Below, one piece after another: positions 19,255 to 28,266 of a stretch of 64,000 nucleotides of DNA (within the stretch, counting starts at the first letter, position 1; each line of letters starts with the position of its first letter). The position numbers and the translations under genes are program-made. This stretch comes from a virus (lineage: Duplodnaviria > Caudoviricetes). The notes under the pieces were generated by a model. The model did not search any database. It had not been told where the DNA came from and worked only from the letters and a program-made list of their open reading frames with translations. The stretch is taken from IMG/VR virus record IMGVR_UViG_3300005544_000022, positions 7,140 through 71,139 of that record; one strand, given 5' to 3'.

Positions 19255-19859
19255 AGTATTTGAACCGGCACAACAAGCAGGGCGACGATAACTTTGCCCT
19301 GTTCGCCAAGCAGCAGATCAGAGCTCAGAAGCGCCTCGATGACATAGCTCGGGTCGTCGATGAGTGGAGGCCAACCCGCTCGCTCGACATCGGGTGCGGG
19401 CTGGGTGTGATTGATATCCTGCTGGCCGAGCGCTACAATCTGGCTCACATTCACTTGCTCGACGGTGACGGTAGCAGCCCCATCCAGCACGACTATCAGA
19501 CCGATATGCAACCGTGGAACGACGTGTTTGCGGCAGCCGAGCTTGTGCAGAAAAACGTAGGTAAGGACGTCGTGGTTTACCCGCACTTGGTAGTGCCGGC
19601 GAGCGAGTCCATGGCCGCAATGGCCAAGGAAATTGGCGAGCTGGACATGGTGTGCAGCTTCAAGTCGTGGGGCGTCCACTATCCTGTCAGCACCTACCTG
19701 CAATTCGCGCATGAGGTTTTGCGGCCTGGGGGTTTGCTGGTCATCGACATTCGCGAGGAGCGTGGCGATGGCGACAAGAATAACCAAGTCGAGCAAGCTG
19801 GCTTTCGGCTCGTGAAGCAGTTGGACGCGCGAGTTCGCACGTTCAGGAGAGGCATATGA
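19209..19859 (+). CDS. class I SAM-dependent methyltransferase (paralogue 3 of 3)
   Basis: SLDIGCGLG, HLLDGDG, SFKSWGVHYP, LRPGGLLVIDIR. Confidence 0.85.
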   Translation: MELAAMRITWTEKSVEYLNRHNKQGDDNFALFAKQQIRAQKRLDDIARVVDEWRPTRSLDIGCGLGVIDILLAERYNLAHIHLLDGDGSSPIQHDYQTDMQPWNDVFAAAELVQKNVGKDVVVYPHLVVPASESMAAMAKEIGELDMVCSFKSWGVHYPVSTYLQFAHEVLRPGGLLVIDIREERGDGDKNNQVEQAGFRLVKQLDARVRTFRRGI

Positions 19860-19996
19860 GGCTGAGCCCAAAGCAAGAAAAAGCACTGCTGCGAATGCTC
19901 CAGAAGTTTGTGGCTGGTGTGGACGATGTTGCTGATCGTCGCGAGCTGGTGCAGTTGATGACAGCGCTTGAAATCAAACTTGGATTAGACAGATGA
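19856..19996 (+). CDS. hypothetical protein (46 aa)
   Basis: Translated by hand; ATGA overlaps at both ends. Confidence 0.5.
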   Translation: MRLSPKQEKALLRMLQKFVAGVDDVADRRELVQLMTALEIKLGLDR

Positions 19997-20883
19997 AAGT
20001 CGGCTTCTTTTGCTCGAAGCGCGCTCGCTGCATTGAGTTTGCAGAACTGTTTCGAGCGGGCGTGCAGCGGCGCGGCGACGAGTTAGATATCAGGCCGGTA
20101 CTGAAAGCGCATGGCGACCCACATGAGGTTGATGGGGAGATAGTGCCTGATGTGGATGTAGCGGTTATCAACGCCATTCTACATCGCAAAGCCTTCAAGA
20201 CTATGTACGATGCCGGCATTCCAGTTGTATATATCGACAAGGCTTATAATCGGGATTGGAATTGGCGTCGTACCAGCATTGGCGCGCACCAGCCGACGCA
20301 CTACCTGGGCTTCAGAAACAAGCTGTCTGGCCGTCGCGTGCAGTTCGGGTGGGAGCCTGCAACATGGCGGCGCAAAGGCGCTCATGTGTTGCTGGCGTGG
20401 TCGGATAACCGTGACCACGAGTGGCGGGGTTGGCCTAAGCCAGAGGAGCACGTCAAGCCGGTCATCGCTGGCTTGCGGCATTTCACCGGCCGCAAACTCT
20501 ACTACAGCGCCAAGCCCAATTATGCGACTGGCGAGCCCGTGCATGGGCTGATTGATGTCTTCAATCTACTGCCCGGTACGCGAGTAACCAGTTTCTTCAC
20601 GGGCTGTCATGCGCTGGTAACTCCGGGCACCAGCGTTTGCTTGCATGCCTTGCTGGCAGGGATACCAACTATTGTGCTGGCCGATGCGCTGGTGCGTAAT
20701 ATATCCTCTACATGCATTTGCCAAATAGAGAGCCCATACCTAGCAACCCATCAAGAGCGCATTCAGCTACTCAATGATCTGGCTTATTGTCAGTGGCATA
20801 AGGGAGAGTTTGCCGATGGTACAGCTTGGCTCGATATTCGTGAACAGCTAGCGGAAGGGGTAGGGATCAATGTCAAATCGTAG
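19993..20883 (+). CDS. GT-B-like protein resembling KpsS/KpsC capsule-synthesis glycosyltransferases (paralogue 1 of 3)
   Basis: IDKAY..., HQP, ALVTPGTSVCLHALLAGIPT, RIQLLNDLAYCQW..GE; family link is by recalled resemblance only. Confidence 0.55.
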   Translation: MKVGFFCSKRARCIEFAELFRAGVQRRGDELDIRPVLKAHGDPHEVDGEIVPDVDVAVINAILHRKAFKTMYDAGIPVVYIDKAYNRDWNWRRTSIGAHQPTHYLGFRNKLSGRRVQFGWEPATWRRKGAHVLLAWSDNRDHEWRGWPKPEEHVKPVIAGLRHFTGRKLYYSAKPNYATGEPVHGLIDVFNLLPGTRVTSFFTGCHALVTPGTSVCLHALLAGIPTIVLADALVRNISSTCICQIESPYLATHQERIQLLNDLAYCQWHKGEFADGTAWLDIREQLAEGVGINVKS

Positions 20884-21145
20884 TGGCGCCTACTTGCTGT
20901 CAGAAACCTATAACTTGCAAGCCGCAAGCGAGGGTATGTTGGTAGTGCCGAAGCTCAGGCGACGACAGCCTAAGCAAACGATGCTGCCTAAAGACCCGCC
21001 GTTGGTCAGGCAGTTTCGTTGGACTACCCCCGAAAGCGTGCTGGCTCGTATCAAGGAACTCGCGAGCCAGCCGATCCGTACAGCACCAACCGGGTTTGCG
21101 CTCAACTACAAAAGGCGCGACCAATGCCAAAGGGTGATCCCATGA
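20870..21145 (+). CDS. hypothetical protein
   Basis: Overlapping start, packed ORF. Confidence 0.5.
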   Translation: MSNRSGAYLLSETYNLQAASEGMLVVPKLRRRQPKQTMLPKDPPLVRQFRWTTPESVLARIKELASQPIRTAPTGFALNYKRRDQCQRVIP

Positions 21146-21324
21146 AGTACATTCTGATTTGGTACATCGCACAAGCAATCGCATCAGCCGTCTCGCCGTA
21201 TGGCGGTAGCATGACTTCCGGCTCAGCCGAGTTCAACGATCAGAAGAGCTGTGAGCTAGCAGCCGAGCAAATCAAGTCATGGAATGACAAGGCTAAGACT
21301 GCGTGTATGGAGAAAGGTGAGTAA
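21142..21324 (+). CDS. small secreted protein
   Basis: MKYILIWYIAQAIA...; EFNDQKSCELAAEQ..AC. Confidence 0.55.
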   Translation: MKYILIWYIAQAIASAVSPYGGSMTSGSAEFNDQKSCELAAEQIKSWNDKAKTACMEKGE

Positions 21325-21334
21325 GGAGTGGGCG

Positions 21335-21562
21335 ATGAATACCAAGTTTGTGAAGCATCTTAAAGTAGGGGATCGCGTTCGGGTACAAGACCCTGAAGGC
21401 GTAGGCAAGGTAACGCATGTCGAACGGTCGCAGTGGTTAACGGCGTCGGGCGGGTGCTTCAGAATAGATGCTGACTTGGTAGCCGGCCCAAATGCCGGCA
21501 AAACGATATGGGATCAGCACCTGCCCGGCGATGCTGAGGTCGAAGTCTACCCAGTTCACTAG
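21335..21562 (+). CDS. hypothetical protein
   Basis: ORF 21284..21562; RBS aaggag. Confidence 0.55.
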   Translation: MNTKFVKHLKVGDRVRVQDPEGVGKVTHVERSQWLTASGGCFRIDADLVAGPNAGKTIWDQHLPGDAEVEVYPVH

Positions 21563-21573
21563 GAGTAACTCAC

Positions 21574-21678
21574 GTGGCAAGCGCAATGACGTATGCACAA
21601 GGCTGGATCATCATCGGTGAGCTTGCCTTTGTCATCCTTCTGATCATTTATAACATCGGCATCGGAGGCCCTCAATGA
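21574..21678 (+). CDS. 34-aa membrane peptide
   Basis: Translated by hand; RBS aggag; ATGA overlap with the oxygenase. Confidence 0.45.
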   Translation: MASAMTYAQGWIIIGELAFVILLIIYNIGIGGPQ

Positions 21679-22367
21679 TTACGGTAACTCAAACCGAGCT
21701 CTATGCTCATGTGTGCGGCGGGGTTCATGGGGCGAAGTTGTCGGCCTATCCATTCACGCACATCAGCATGAGGAACTTCCTGCCGCAGTTTCTGTACGGG
21801 CGGCTTATCAATTCACTGCCGGCGCCCGAGCTCTACACCCCGTTGAGCGACACTCGCGCACAATTCATATTCACGCCCGAGAACCAAGCGAAGCTGCCGG
21901 CCGATACGGTCGGAGTTTGGATGGACCTGCTCAAAGTGTTCAATGAGATTGGGTTCAAGCAAACCATGTTCAACAAGCTGGCCAGCGGGTTGAAGCATCG
22001 TTTTGGCGATCAGACCCTCGACGACATCGACTGCGATATGGATATCAGATTGATGCGCGATACGGCCGGCTACTTCATTGCACCACATTGCGATACTATG
22101 AAGAAGATAATCACGATGCAAATCTATCTGCCGGCCACAGTTCGTCACATCGACAGCGGTACGATCATGTACAAGAAAGATGCAACAAACGACGGTATGT
22201 TTGTCGAGGTAGTGCGTTTTCCTTACGTGCCAAATTTCAGCTATGCATTCGTCGTCAACAATAAGGAGCCTCACCAAAGCTGGCACGGGGTTGAAACCCT
22301 GCCACCTGACTTTCCCGGCGCGCGCAATAGTCTGCTCGTGATGTTCAATGCTGTAGGTGGTAAATGA
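21675..22367 (+). CDS. 2OG-Fe(II) oxygenase (prolyl-hydroxylase-like DSBH fold)
   Basis: IAPHCD (HxD at 22086), ITMQIYLP, SWHGV (distal His), ARNSL (2OG-binding Arg). Confidence 0.8.
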   Translation: MITVTQTELYAHVCGGVHGAKLSAYPFTHISMRNFLPQFLYGRLINSLPAPELYTPLSDTRAQFIFTPENQAKLPADTVGVWMDLLKVFNEIGFKQTMFNKLASGLKHRFGDQTLDDIDCDMDIRLMRDTAGYFIAPHCDTMKKIITMQIYLPATVRHIDSGTIMYKKDATNDGMFVEVVRFPYVPNFSYAFVVNNKEPHQSWHGVETLPPDFPGARNSLLVMFNAVGGK

Positions 22368-23236
22368 AATTCGCCTATCATCTGCGAGGCGAACGCCCTC
22401 GACAGAAGCAACTGTGTACTGCATTGCAAGCCGGCGCTGCCAAGCATGGGGATGAGGTGATCCCCATTGTCGGCTACTTAGGCCCAGAGCCTAGCGTCGA
22501 TGGCGTGATACTGCTAGGCGTCAGCGGCCTTCATCACAGAATAAGCAACCGCATGGTGTACGACGCTTATCTTGCCAAGGGTAAGCGAACGATGCTGTTC
22601 GACAAGGGCTATGTGCGGAAGGACAGTAGCGACCGCGACTACTTGCGGGTGTGCGTCGATGGGTTCCAGCCACTCAGCTACTTCATGAACACGACTAGAC
22701 CCAATGATAGATTTGAGCAGTTGGGTATCAAGCTCAGGCCCTATGCCACCAAAGGCGATTACTTCTTGCTAGATGGTGTCAGTCAAAAGTACTGCGCTTG
22801 GCACGGCATCGACAGTCACCTTGCCTGGGGCTTGAGCGTAATTGAGAAGATCAGGGCACACAGCAACCGCCCCATCGTTTATCGGCTGAAGAAATCAGTA
22901 GCGAACTACAAGGCTCTACGTGATATGCTGCGCACGACCATATCGAAGCGTGATCTAGCCGACGATATGAAACGCGCCATGATCGTCATCAGCCACGGCG
23001 GCAATCTGGGTTGGGATGCCATGATGAATGGTCGTGCTCACTTCGCCATCGGTCCGAGCATTGCTAGAAGTGTCAGCGAAACCGACTGGGCCAAAATTCA
23101 CACGCCGTATGTACCTAGTGAGGCAGAGCGCTATCAGTTGATGTGCAATGCTGCGTACTGTCAATGGACCGTAGCCGAGCTTGCAAGCGGCGAAGGGTGG
23201 GCAGTCATCAAACAGCAGCTAGAGGAAACCAAATGA
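22364..23236 (+). CDS. GT-B-like KpsS/KpsC-type protein (paralogue 2 of 3)
   Basis: FDKGY, DGFQP, VISHGGNLGWDAMMNG, RYQLMCNAAYCQWTVAELASG. Confidence 0.55.
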   Translation: MKFAYHLRGERPRQKQLCTALQAGAAKHGDEVIPIVGYLGPEPSVDGVILLGVSGLHHRISNRMVYDAYLAKGKRTMLFDKGYVRKDSSDRDYLRVCVDGFQPLSYFMNTTRPNDRFEQLGIKLRPYATKGDYFLLDGVSQKYCAWHGIDSHLAWGLSVIEKIRAHSNRPIVYRLKKSVANYKALRDMLRTTISKRDLADDMKRAMIVISHGGNLGWDAMMNGRAHFAIGPSIARSVSETDWAKIHTPYVPSEAERYQLMCNAAYCQWTVAELASGEGWAVIKQQLEETK

Positions 23237-23451
23237 GTGACGTAGAAGGACCAACGTGGCTTTACTGGCTTACCTATGAAGGCACGGGTAATCCACGTAG
23301 GCCCGATTATTTTGGTGGAGTATTTTCGGCATTACAGCTAGCACGAGCGGCTGTGACTGATATCCACACTCATGTAGCAATTGCTAGGATCTATAAAATT
23401 GCCTTAGATCACCCGTGGTCGCCCGAATTGGTTTGGCAAGAGCGCGAGTAA
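23233..23451 (+). CDS. hypothetical protein
   Basis: ORF 23143..23451; ATGA overlap. Confidence 0.55.
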   Translation: MSDVEGPTWLYWLTYEGTGNPRRPDYFGGVFSALQLARAAVTDIHTHVAIARIYKIALDHPWSPELVWQERE

Positions 23452-23455
23452 TTCA

Positions 23456-24442
23456 ATGCCCGTATTCGATTGGCAGAAGTTTCTCGAGCATCATCACATC
23501 GAGTACACTGACCGAGGCCGTAACGTCAGCAAGAACAACCTCGCGCTGAAATGCCCGTGGTGCGGCTCGGCTGATCCCAGCCAGCATATGAACGTGAGCC
23601 TTAAAGGCTATGGTTATTTCTGCTGGCGTGATGCTACGCATCGGGGCACCAACAATGCCAAGTTGGTGCAGAAGCTACTCAACTCGAGTTGGGCAGAAGC
23701 AATCGCGGTAACTGGTGGCGCCGTCGAGGTGCTGCCAGACGAAGACTTCGATACCAGAATTAACCGCTTGCTGCATGGTGAGGCTGAGCCGGTTCGCAAG
23801 CTGCCCATGCCTAAGGATTGGAAGCGCCTCGACCAGCCGTCAGGCAACCTACAGCGCAATCTCATCATTGAGTACATGAAGCGGCGAGGTTACGGGCTCG
23901 GCAGCGTGATGCGACTGGCCAAGCGGTATGACATCCATTACGCTATGAAGGATAATTGGGATCGTCGGGTTATTTGGCCGCTGCATGATCGGCACGGTGA
24001 CTTGGTGAACTACACCGGCCGCGCCATCAGCAGCACTCAAAAGATCAGATACAAAACCCTGTCAGGCGACTTGGCCCGTATGCGCATGAGCGAGTGTCTG
24101 TTCGACCTGGGCACGCTTATCAAGGTGCGAGCAGAAGCGTTGGTATTGACTGAAGGCCCGTTCGATGCCATGCGCATGGGTTGGATAGGTGAGCCATTAG
24201 GCATCTACTCGACGTGTGTGTTCACTCAGAATGTCAGTGAAACGCAAGCCGCATTGCTGAGCCAGCTTGCTTACAGATTTGAACGTGTGTTCGTGCTATT
24301 CGACCAGGGCGCCGACTTGCAATCATTTAGAGCCGCAAGCTCGCTGGGCTTCGAGCGCATCAAACTCCCCAACGGTGTTAAAGATCCTGACCAGCTATCG
24401 ACTGCGCAGGCGTTTGCGATGTGCCACAGCCTGCTATCGTGA
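23456..24442 (+). CDS. DNA primase (Zn-binding plus Toprim domains)
   Basis: CPWC...H...FCW zinc finger, RVIWPL.D..G..VNYTGR, LTEGPFDAM Toprim. Confidence 0.85.
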   Translation: MPVFDWQKFLEHHHIEYTDRGRNVSKNNLALKCPWCGSADPSQHMNVSLKGYGYFCWRDATHRGTNNAKLVQKLLNSSWAEAIAVTGGAVEVLPDEDFDTRINRLLHGEAEPVRKLPMPKDWKRLDQPSGNLQRNLIIEYMKRRGYGLGSVMRLAKRYDIHYAMKDNWDRRVIWPLHDRHGDLVNYTGRAISSTQKIRYKTLSGDLARMRMSECLFDLGTLIKVRAEALVLTEGPFDAMRMGWIGEPLGIYSTCVFTQNVSETQAALLSQLAYRFERVFVLFDQGADLQSFRAASSLGFERIKLPNGVKDPDQLSTAQAFAMCHSLLS

Positions 24443-24570
24443 TGGGTTGTAACAGCAACCTAAGTTGCTAACATGGTAAATTTTATTAACCCGGATCTCG
24501 ATTGTTTGGGCTATACTTGGGGCAGGCTAAACCGATGGGGTTTGGCCGAGCCTTATATGGGGTTAGTCAC

Positions 24571-25386
24571 ATGGCAACGAAGACCAAGGAAAAGCCGAAA
24601 GTCAAGAACCTGCCAAAGTCCAGCTCGATGGTGCTGGTCAAGGTCGGCACCAAGAACACTGCCGGGTATTGGGCAACTCAGATCAATACCATTTGGCGCA
24701 AAACGGCTGCCAGCTACATCGAGATGGGCAAGCTGCTGGTCGAGGCCAAGAGCCTGTTGAAGCAGTCAGAGTGGAAGCTGCTGCTCGATGACAAGCTCGA
24801 CTTCGACGAGAGCAAGGCCAAAAAGCTGATGCTGATCGCCCGGCACCAAACTCTGGCCAAAAGTTCAAATTTGAACTTGCTTCCCCCGAGCTACAACACG
24901 CTCTACACGTTGACCAAGTTGGATGACAAGGCCGTCAACACTGCCATCAAGCGCGGCGACATTCACCCCAATATGGATGGGGGCGATGCCGACGAGCTGG
25001 TGGAAATGTTTCAGCCCAAGAAGCCCAAGCCCGAGCGGTCACGTGAGGCCGACGACGCCGAGGTGATCGAGCATGAGGACGATGAGCAAGAGGAAGATGA
25101 TGAGGGTGAAGGCGGAGGCGAGGGTGCCGACGCTGATGATGAAGACGAGGACGATGACGACGATGCGCCGGCGCCCAAGGGCATTCGAAAGCCTGAAGAG
25201 GCAAAGGCTACGCCGTATGACACTGCCGTAGACAACTTCGACGGTGGCATCGACAGCATGCTTTACTATTGTGAGAACCTCGAAGCCGCCATGGAAAAGA
25301 AAGGGGTTGACAAGCTCGAAAAGGAACTAAAGGTCAAGCTGAAGCAACTGCATGCCGTCACTGCACGGCTGCTGAAAACCTACTGA
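24571..25386 (+). CDS. DUF3102-like protein with acidic linker
   Basis: ORF 24502..25386; IEMGKLLVEAK....EW...L..KL.F....A.KLM.IA; D/E-rich tract. Confidence 0.55.
   Translation: MATKTKEKPKVKNLPKSSSMVLVKVGTKNTAGYWATQINTIWRKTAASYIEMGKLLVEAKSLLKQSEWKLLLDDKLDFDESKAKKLMLIARHQTLAKSSNLNLLPPSYNTLYTLTKLDDKAVNTAIKRGDIHPNMDGGDADELVEMFQPKKPKPERSREADDAEVIEHEDDEQEEDDEGEGGGEGADADDEDEDDDDDAPAPKGIRKPEEAKATPYDTAVDNFDGGIDSMLYYCENLEAAMEKKGVDKLEKELKVKLKQLHAVTARLLKTY
24861..24878. promoter_or_regulatory. perfect 18-bp palindrome AAGTTCAAATTTGAACTT inside a CDS
   Basis: Same core as the intergenic GTTCRANNTYGAAC copies. Confidence 0.5.
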
Positions 25387-25411
25387 GGGGTTAGAGAGGG
25401 GAGCATTAGCT

Positions 25412-25513
25412 ATGGCACACGACCCGTCAACAATCGAAAAAGCGTGGCTAATTTTTCTACTAATGGTGGGCATAACCAGCATTGTTGTGCTTGCCTTTCT
25501 ACTGATGAATTGA
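25412..25513 (+). CDS. 33-aa membrane peptide
   Basis: Translated by hand: MAHDPSTIEKAWLIFLLMVGITSIVVLAFLLMN; RBS gaggggag. Confidence 0.45.
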   Translation: MAHDPSTIEKAWLIFLLMVGITSIVVLAFLLMN

Positions 25514-25615
25514 TATAACTGTAGGTGGCGTAGGACGGAGCTCGGCTCAACTGCCCGAGCACCTTCGCGGGCTCTGCCCTACGCCTTCACACAATCAGTT
25601 TGTCGGGGGTATCTC

Positions 25616-26227
25616 GTGACCTATACGCCATATCTCGACCAAGGACTAGAACGATGGCTGTTCACGACCGCGCGCCGTAACCTTTGGCGGGTGCCTCAAT
25701 GGTACAGCGTCGATGACTTAGTGCAGGATGGCTACGCTAGCTTCTACAAATGCGCCAAGCACTACGGCCGGTTGGCCCGCAAGCGCAAGCCAAAGAAGGA
25801 CGACCGACGCAACTTCATGGCGTTGGTCAAGCGCACGTTCGAAAACCATATCCATGACCTATCGACCAAGTCTACCATTCAGCGGGTAGAAAAGCCGGTA
25901 TCGCAACTGCATCGGCCAGAAATATCGGCTGATGATTGGCTCGAACGTCACGCCAGCGTAGTAGAAGAAAGTATGGCTGACATAACTATCGTCCTTCAGC
26001 AGGCACCGCGAGAAATCAAGCAAGCAATTGCCATACTGGTCGGCGATGTTGTGGACGTCAAATACCTACGCACCAGCAAGAAAAACACGAAGCTCGTTAA
26101 CAGGGAGACAACCAACGAATACCTATGCCGGCGCCTGATCGCGTTCGGGCACAATTTCGATCCGAAAAAGGTTGACATGATCGAGCAGGTTAGGCACTAT
26201 TTCGGAGTGCAATCGACAGCAACGTGA
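25616..26227 (+). CDS. sigma-factor-like protein (region 2-like)
   Basis: SVDDLVQDGYASFYKCAKHY...F...VKRTFENHIHDL resembles sigma70 region 2; no clear region 4. Confidence 0.55.
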   Translation: MTYTPYLDQGLERWLFTTARRNLWRVPQWYSVDDLVQDGYASFYKCAKHYGRLARKRKPKKDDRRNFMALVKRTFENHIHDLSTKSTIQRVEKPVSQLHRPEISADDWLERHASVVEESMADITIVLQQAPREIKQAIAILVGDVVDVKYLRTSKKNTKLVNRETTNEYLCRRLIAFGHNFDPKKVDMIEQVRHYFGVQSTAT

Positions 26228-26244
26228 GTAAGGAGTGATAGCAA

Positions 26245-26529
26245 ATGAGCTTTCACGTCGAGTTTGTGTCAGCTTCAGTAGAGGAGGCGGCACACATCAT
26301 CAACAACGACTGCCCTACCTTGCCGGCCAGCGTCAAGAGCTTTCTCATCGAAGCGCTCGAAGGCTGTAAGGGTGCGGCGGTTTCAATCGCTGCACATGGG
26401 TACCTCTACGCACCGGGCGCCAAGTACGATAACTCCACCGTCAACATCGTGGTGAAACGGCTGGCGATGCGCACTGCGGCACCCCCGCCGAAAGTGAAAG
26501 TAAAAGGGCCGAAACCCCCCAAAGGTTAG
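26245..26529 (+). CDS. hypothetical protein
   Basis: RBS aaggag. Confidence 0.6.
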   Translation: MSFHVEFVSASVEEAAHIINNDCPTLPASVKSFLIEALEGCKGAAVSIAAHGYLYAPGAKYDNSTVNIVVKRLAMRTAAPPPKVKVKGPKPPKG

Positions 26530-26544
26530 AGCTGGACTCTGAAA

Positions 26545-26560
26545 CGTATGTAGTGTGTAG
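26545..26560 (+). promoter_or_regulatory. CGTATGT-N6-TAG putative phage promoter element
   Basis: Intergenic, upstream of 26609. Confidence 0.5.
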
Positions 26561-26608
26561 GCCCTGAGTTCGGCCTAACCGATACCGTTACAACAAGGAG
26601 ACTTAACG

Positions 26609-27244
26609 ATGAACGTTTATGACGAACTGACTGGCGCCGTGAAACTCAGTCAGAAGAAGGGCGAAGCCGATCAGGCGCACTTGAGGAAACTGGTCGAAAA
26701 GGCTAGCGAGCTATCCGACAAAGCGTGGGAAGGCTTGTCGGGCAAAGCGCAGACTTGGGTGAACTCGGCGGTCGATGCCGTGCAAGCTCAAGAGGACATT
26801 CCCGAACCGGCCGGCTTTGGCCAGCCCGACGATGACGACGAGGTTGAGGAGGAGCAGGAGACTGTTGAAGCTGCCGACGATGACGATGACGTACCCCCAA
26901 GCAAAGGAGCTAAGACTGTGAAAGCCAAGGAAGCGAAGAAGGCTAAGGGCAAGCCGGCAAAGGCTGCTAAGGCTGCCAAGGGCAATGGTAAGGCGAAGGT
27001 TGCTGCCAAGAAGAAAGAGGGCGGCGCCAAGCGTGGCCGGGCAGCTCGCCTGTTCAAAGACGATCAGCGCATCACCGTGCTCAGCAAGAAGAACCCCAAG
27101 CGTGAGGGCAGCGGCGGCTACGAGCGTTTCGAGCTCTACTCCACCGGCAAGAAGGGCATGACTGTCAAGCAAGCGCTCGATGCCGGCGTGACCAGCGGCG
27201 ACCTGAAGTGGGACAGCGAGCACAAGTTCATCAAGATCGACTGA
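26609..27244 (+). CDS. hypothetical protein with acidic then basic low-complexity linker (putative DNA-binding)
   Basis: RBS aaggag; folded N- and C-terminal parts (NPKREGSGGYERF..Y...MTV...DL.WD) flank D/E- and K/A-rich tracts. Confidence 0.75.
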   Translation: MNVYDELTGAVKLSQKKGEADQAHLRKLVEKASELSDKAWEGLSGKAQTWVNSAVDAVQAQEDIPEPAGFGQPDDDDEVEEEQETVEAADDDDDVPPSKGAKTVKAKEAKKAKGKPAKAAKAAKGNGKAKVAAKKKEGGAKRGRAARLFKDDQRITVLSKKNPKREGSGGYERFELYSTGKKGMTVKQALDAGVTSGDLKWDSEHKFIKID

Positions 27245-27289
27245 GCCTACACAGCTAGCTCTGCCTACACATGATGGCTTCATCTCCGG

Positions 27290-28177
27290 GTGAAGCCATC
27301 ACTGTATGAAGGACACAAGATGATAGAACTACCCCCTAAAAACGTTGCAGCCCTATGCAAGTTCATGATCGAGCGGCAGCGTATCCACACTCGTCGCTAC
27401 TTGGGCAAGCCGAAGCCCTGGACCAGTGACCCGATATTGCAACAGTACCGGTTCTGCAACATTTACCGTGAGCAGGATAAGGTCACTAAGTGGATCGCCT
27501 ACAACTGGCGCGACCCGAACAACATGCATATAGACTTGTGGTTTGCTATGCTAGTCGCTCGCTACATCAACGAGCCCGGTACGCTCAAGCTGCTACCGTT
27601 CCCCTTGCCTTGGAACCGGCTCAACTTTCACGATGCCGTGAATGCTCGCAAGAGTGCTGGACTTACGGTGTACAATGCGGCATATATCATTTCGACTGGA
27701 GGTCAAGCCAAGCCGAAGCACGAGTACCTGGGCAACTTCTTCGACAAGTTTTGGTGGATGAGAAAGCAAATTCGCCCACGCGAAGGCGATACCCTGGCCA
27801 ATTTCAGCGAGCGGCTGGTGGCGGTGCAGGGCATGGGTAAGTTCTTCAGCGGGCAGATCATCGCTGACGTAAAGTATGCTGAAGGCAGCACCTTGCGCAA
27901 AGCCGACGACTGGTGGACATTTGCCGTGTCAGGCCCCGGCTCGAGACGTGGCCTCAACCGGGTTTGCAACAACCCCGTCGATCAGGGTTGGAATGAGGGA
28001 GATTGGCATGCACACCTCAGTACGTTACGTCGTGCGGTCAATAAGGAAATCACATCGAAGGGCTTGGAGAAGCTGCATGCACAAGATCTACAAAATTCGC
28101 TATGTGAGTTTGACAAGTATCTGCGAGTCCAAAACGGTGAAGGGCGCCCTAAGCAAAAGTACGATGGTATGGCGTAG
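27290..28177 (+). CDS. aGPT-Pplase1 family (5-hmdU DNA kinase helical domain) protein, stand-alone; likely start 27320
   Basis: PWTSDPILQQYRFCNIYREQDKVT, AAYII, HhH-like QGMGKFFSGQIIAD, GPGSRRGL, QNSLCEFDKY; no Walker A. Confidence 0.85.
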   Translation: MKPSLYEGHKMIELPPKNVAALCKFMIERQRIHTRRYLGKPKPWTSDPILQQYRFCNIYREQDKVTKWIAYNWRDPNNMHIDLWFAMLVARYINEPGTLKLLPFPLPWNRLNFHDAVNARKSAGLTVYNAAYIISTGGQAKPKHEYLGNFFDKFWWMRKQIRPREGDTLANFSERLVAVQGMGKFFSGQIIADVKYAEGSTLRKADDWWTFAVSGPGSRRGLNRVCNNPVDQGWNEGDWHAHLSTLRRAVNKEITSKGLEKLHAQDLQNSLCEFDKYLRVQNGEGRPKQKYDGMA

Positions 28178-28266
28178 CTTTTCAATTGAAGATCGAACGT
28201 GCGCCATCGGCGTAGTATTCTGGTTGTGGAGCTCGATCGGTTACTTGGCCGGTCAAGTGGGGTAGA

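Noticed and set aside
21675-22367. TET/JBP 5mC or thymine dioxygenase
   Set aside because: Motif spacing looks prolyl-hydroxylase-like and no cytosine methylase partner is present; not fully excluded without a profile search
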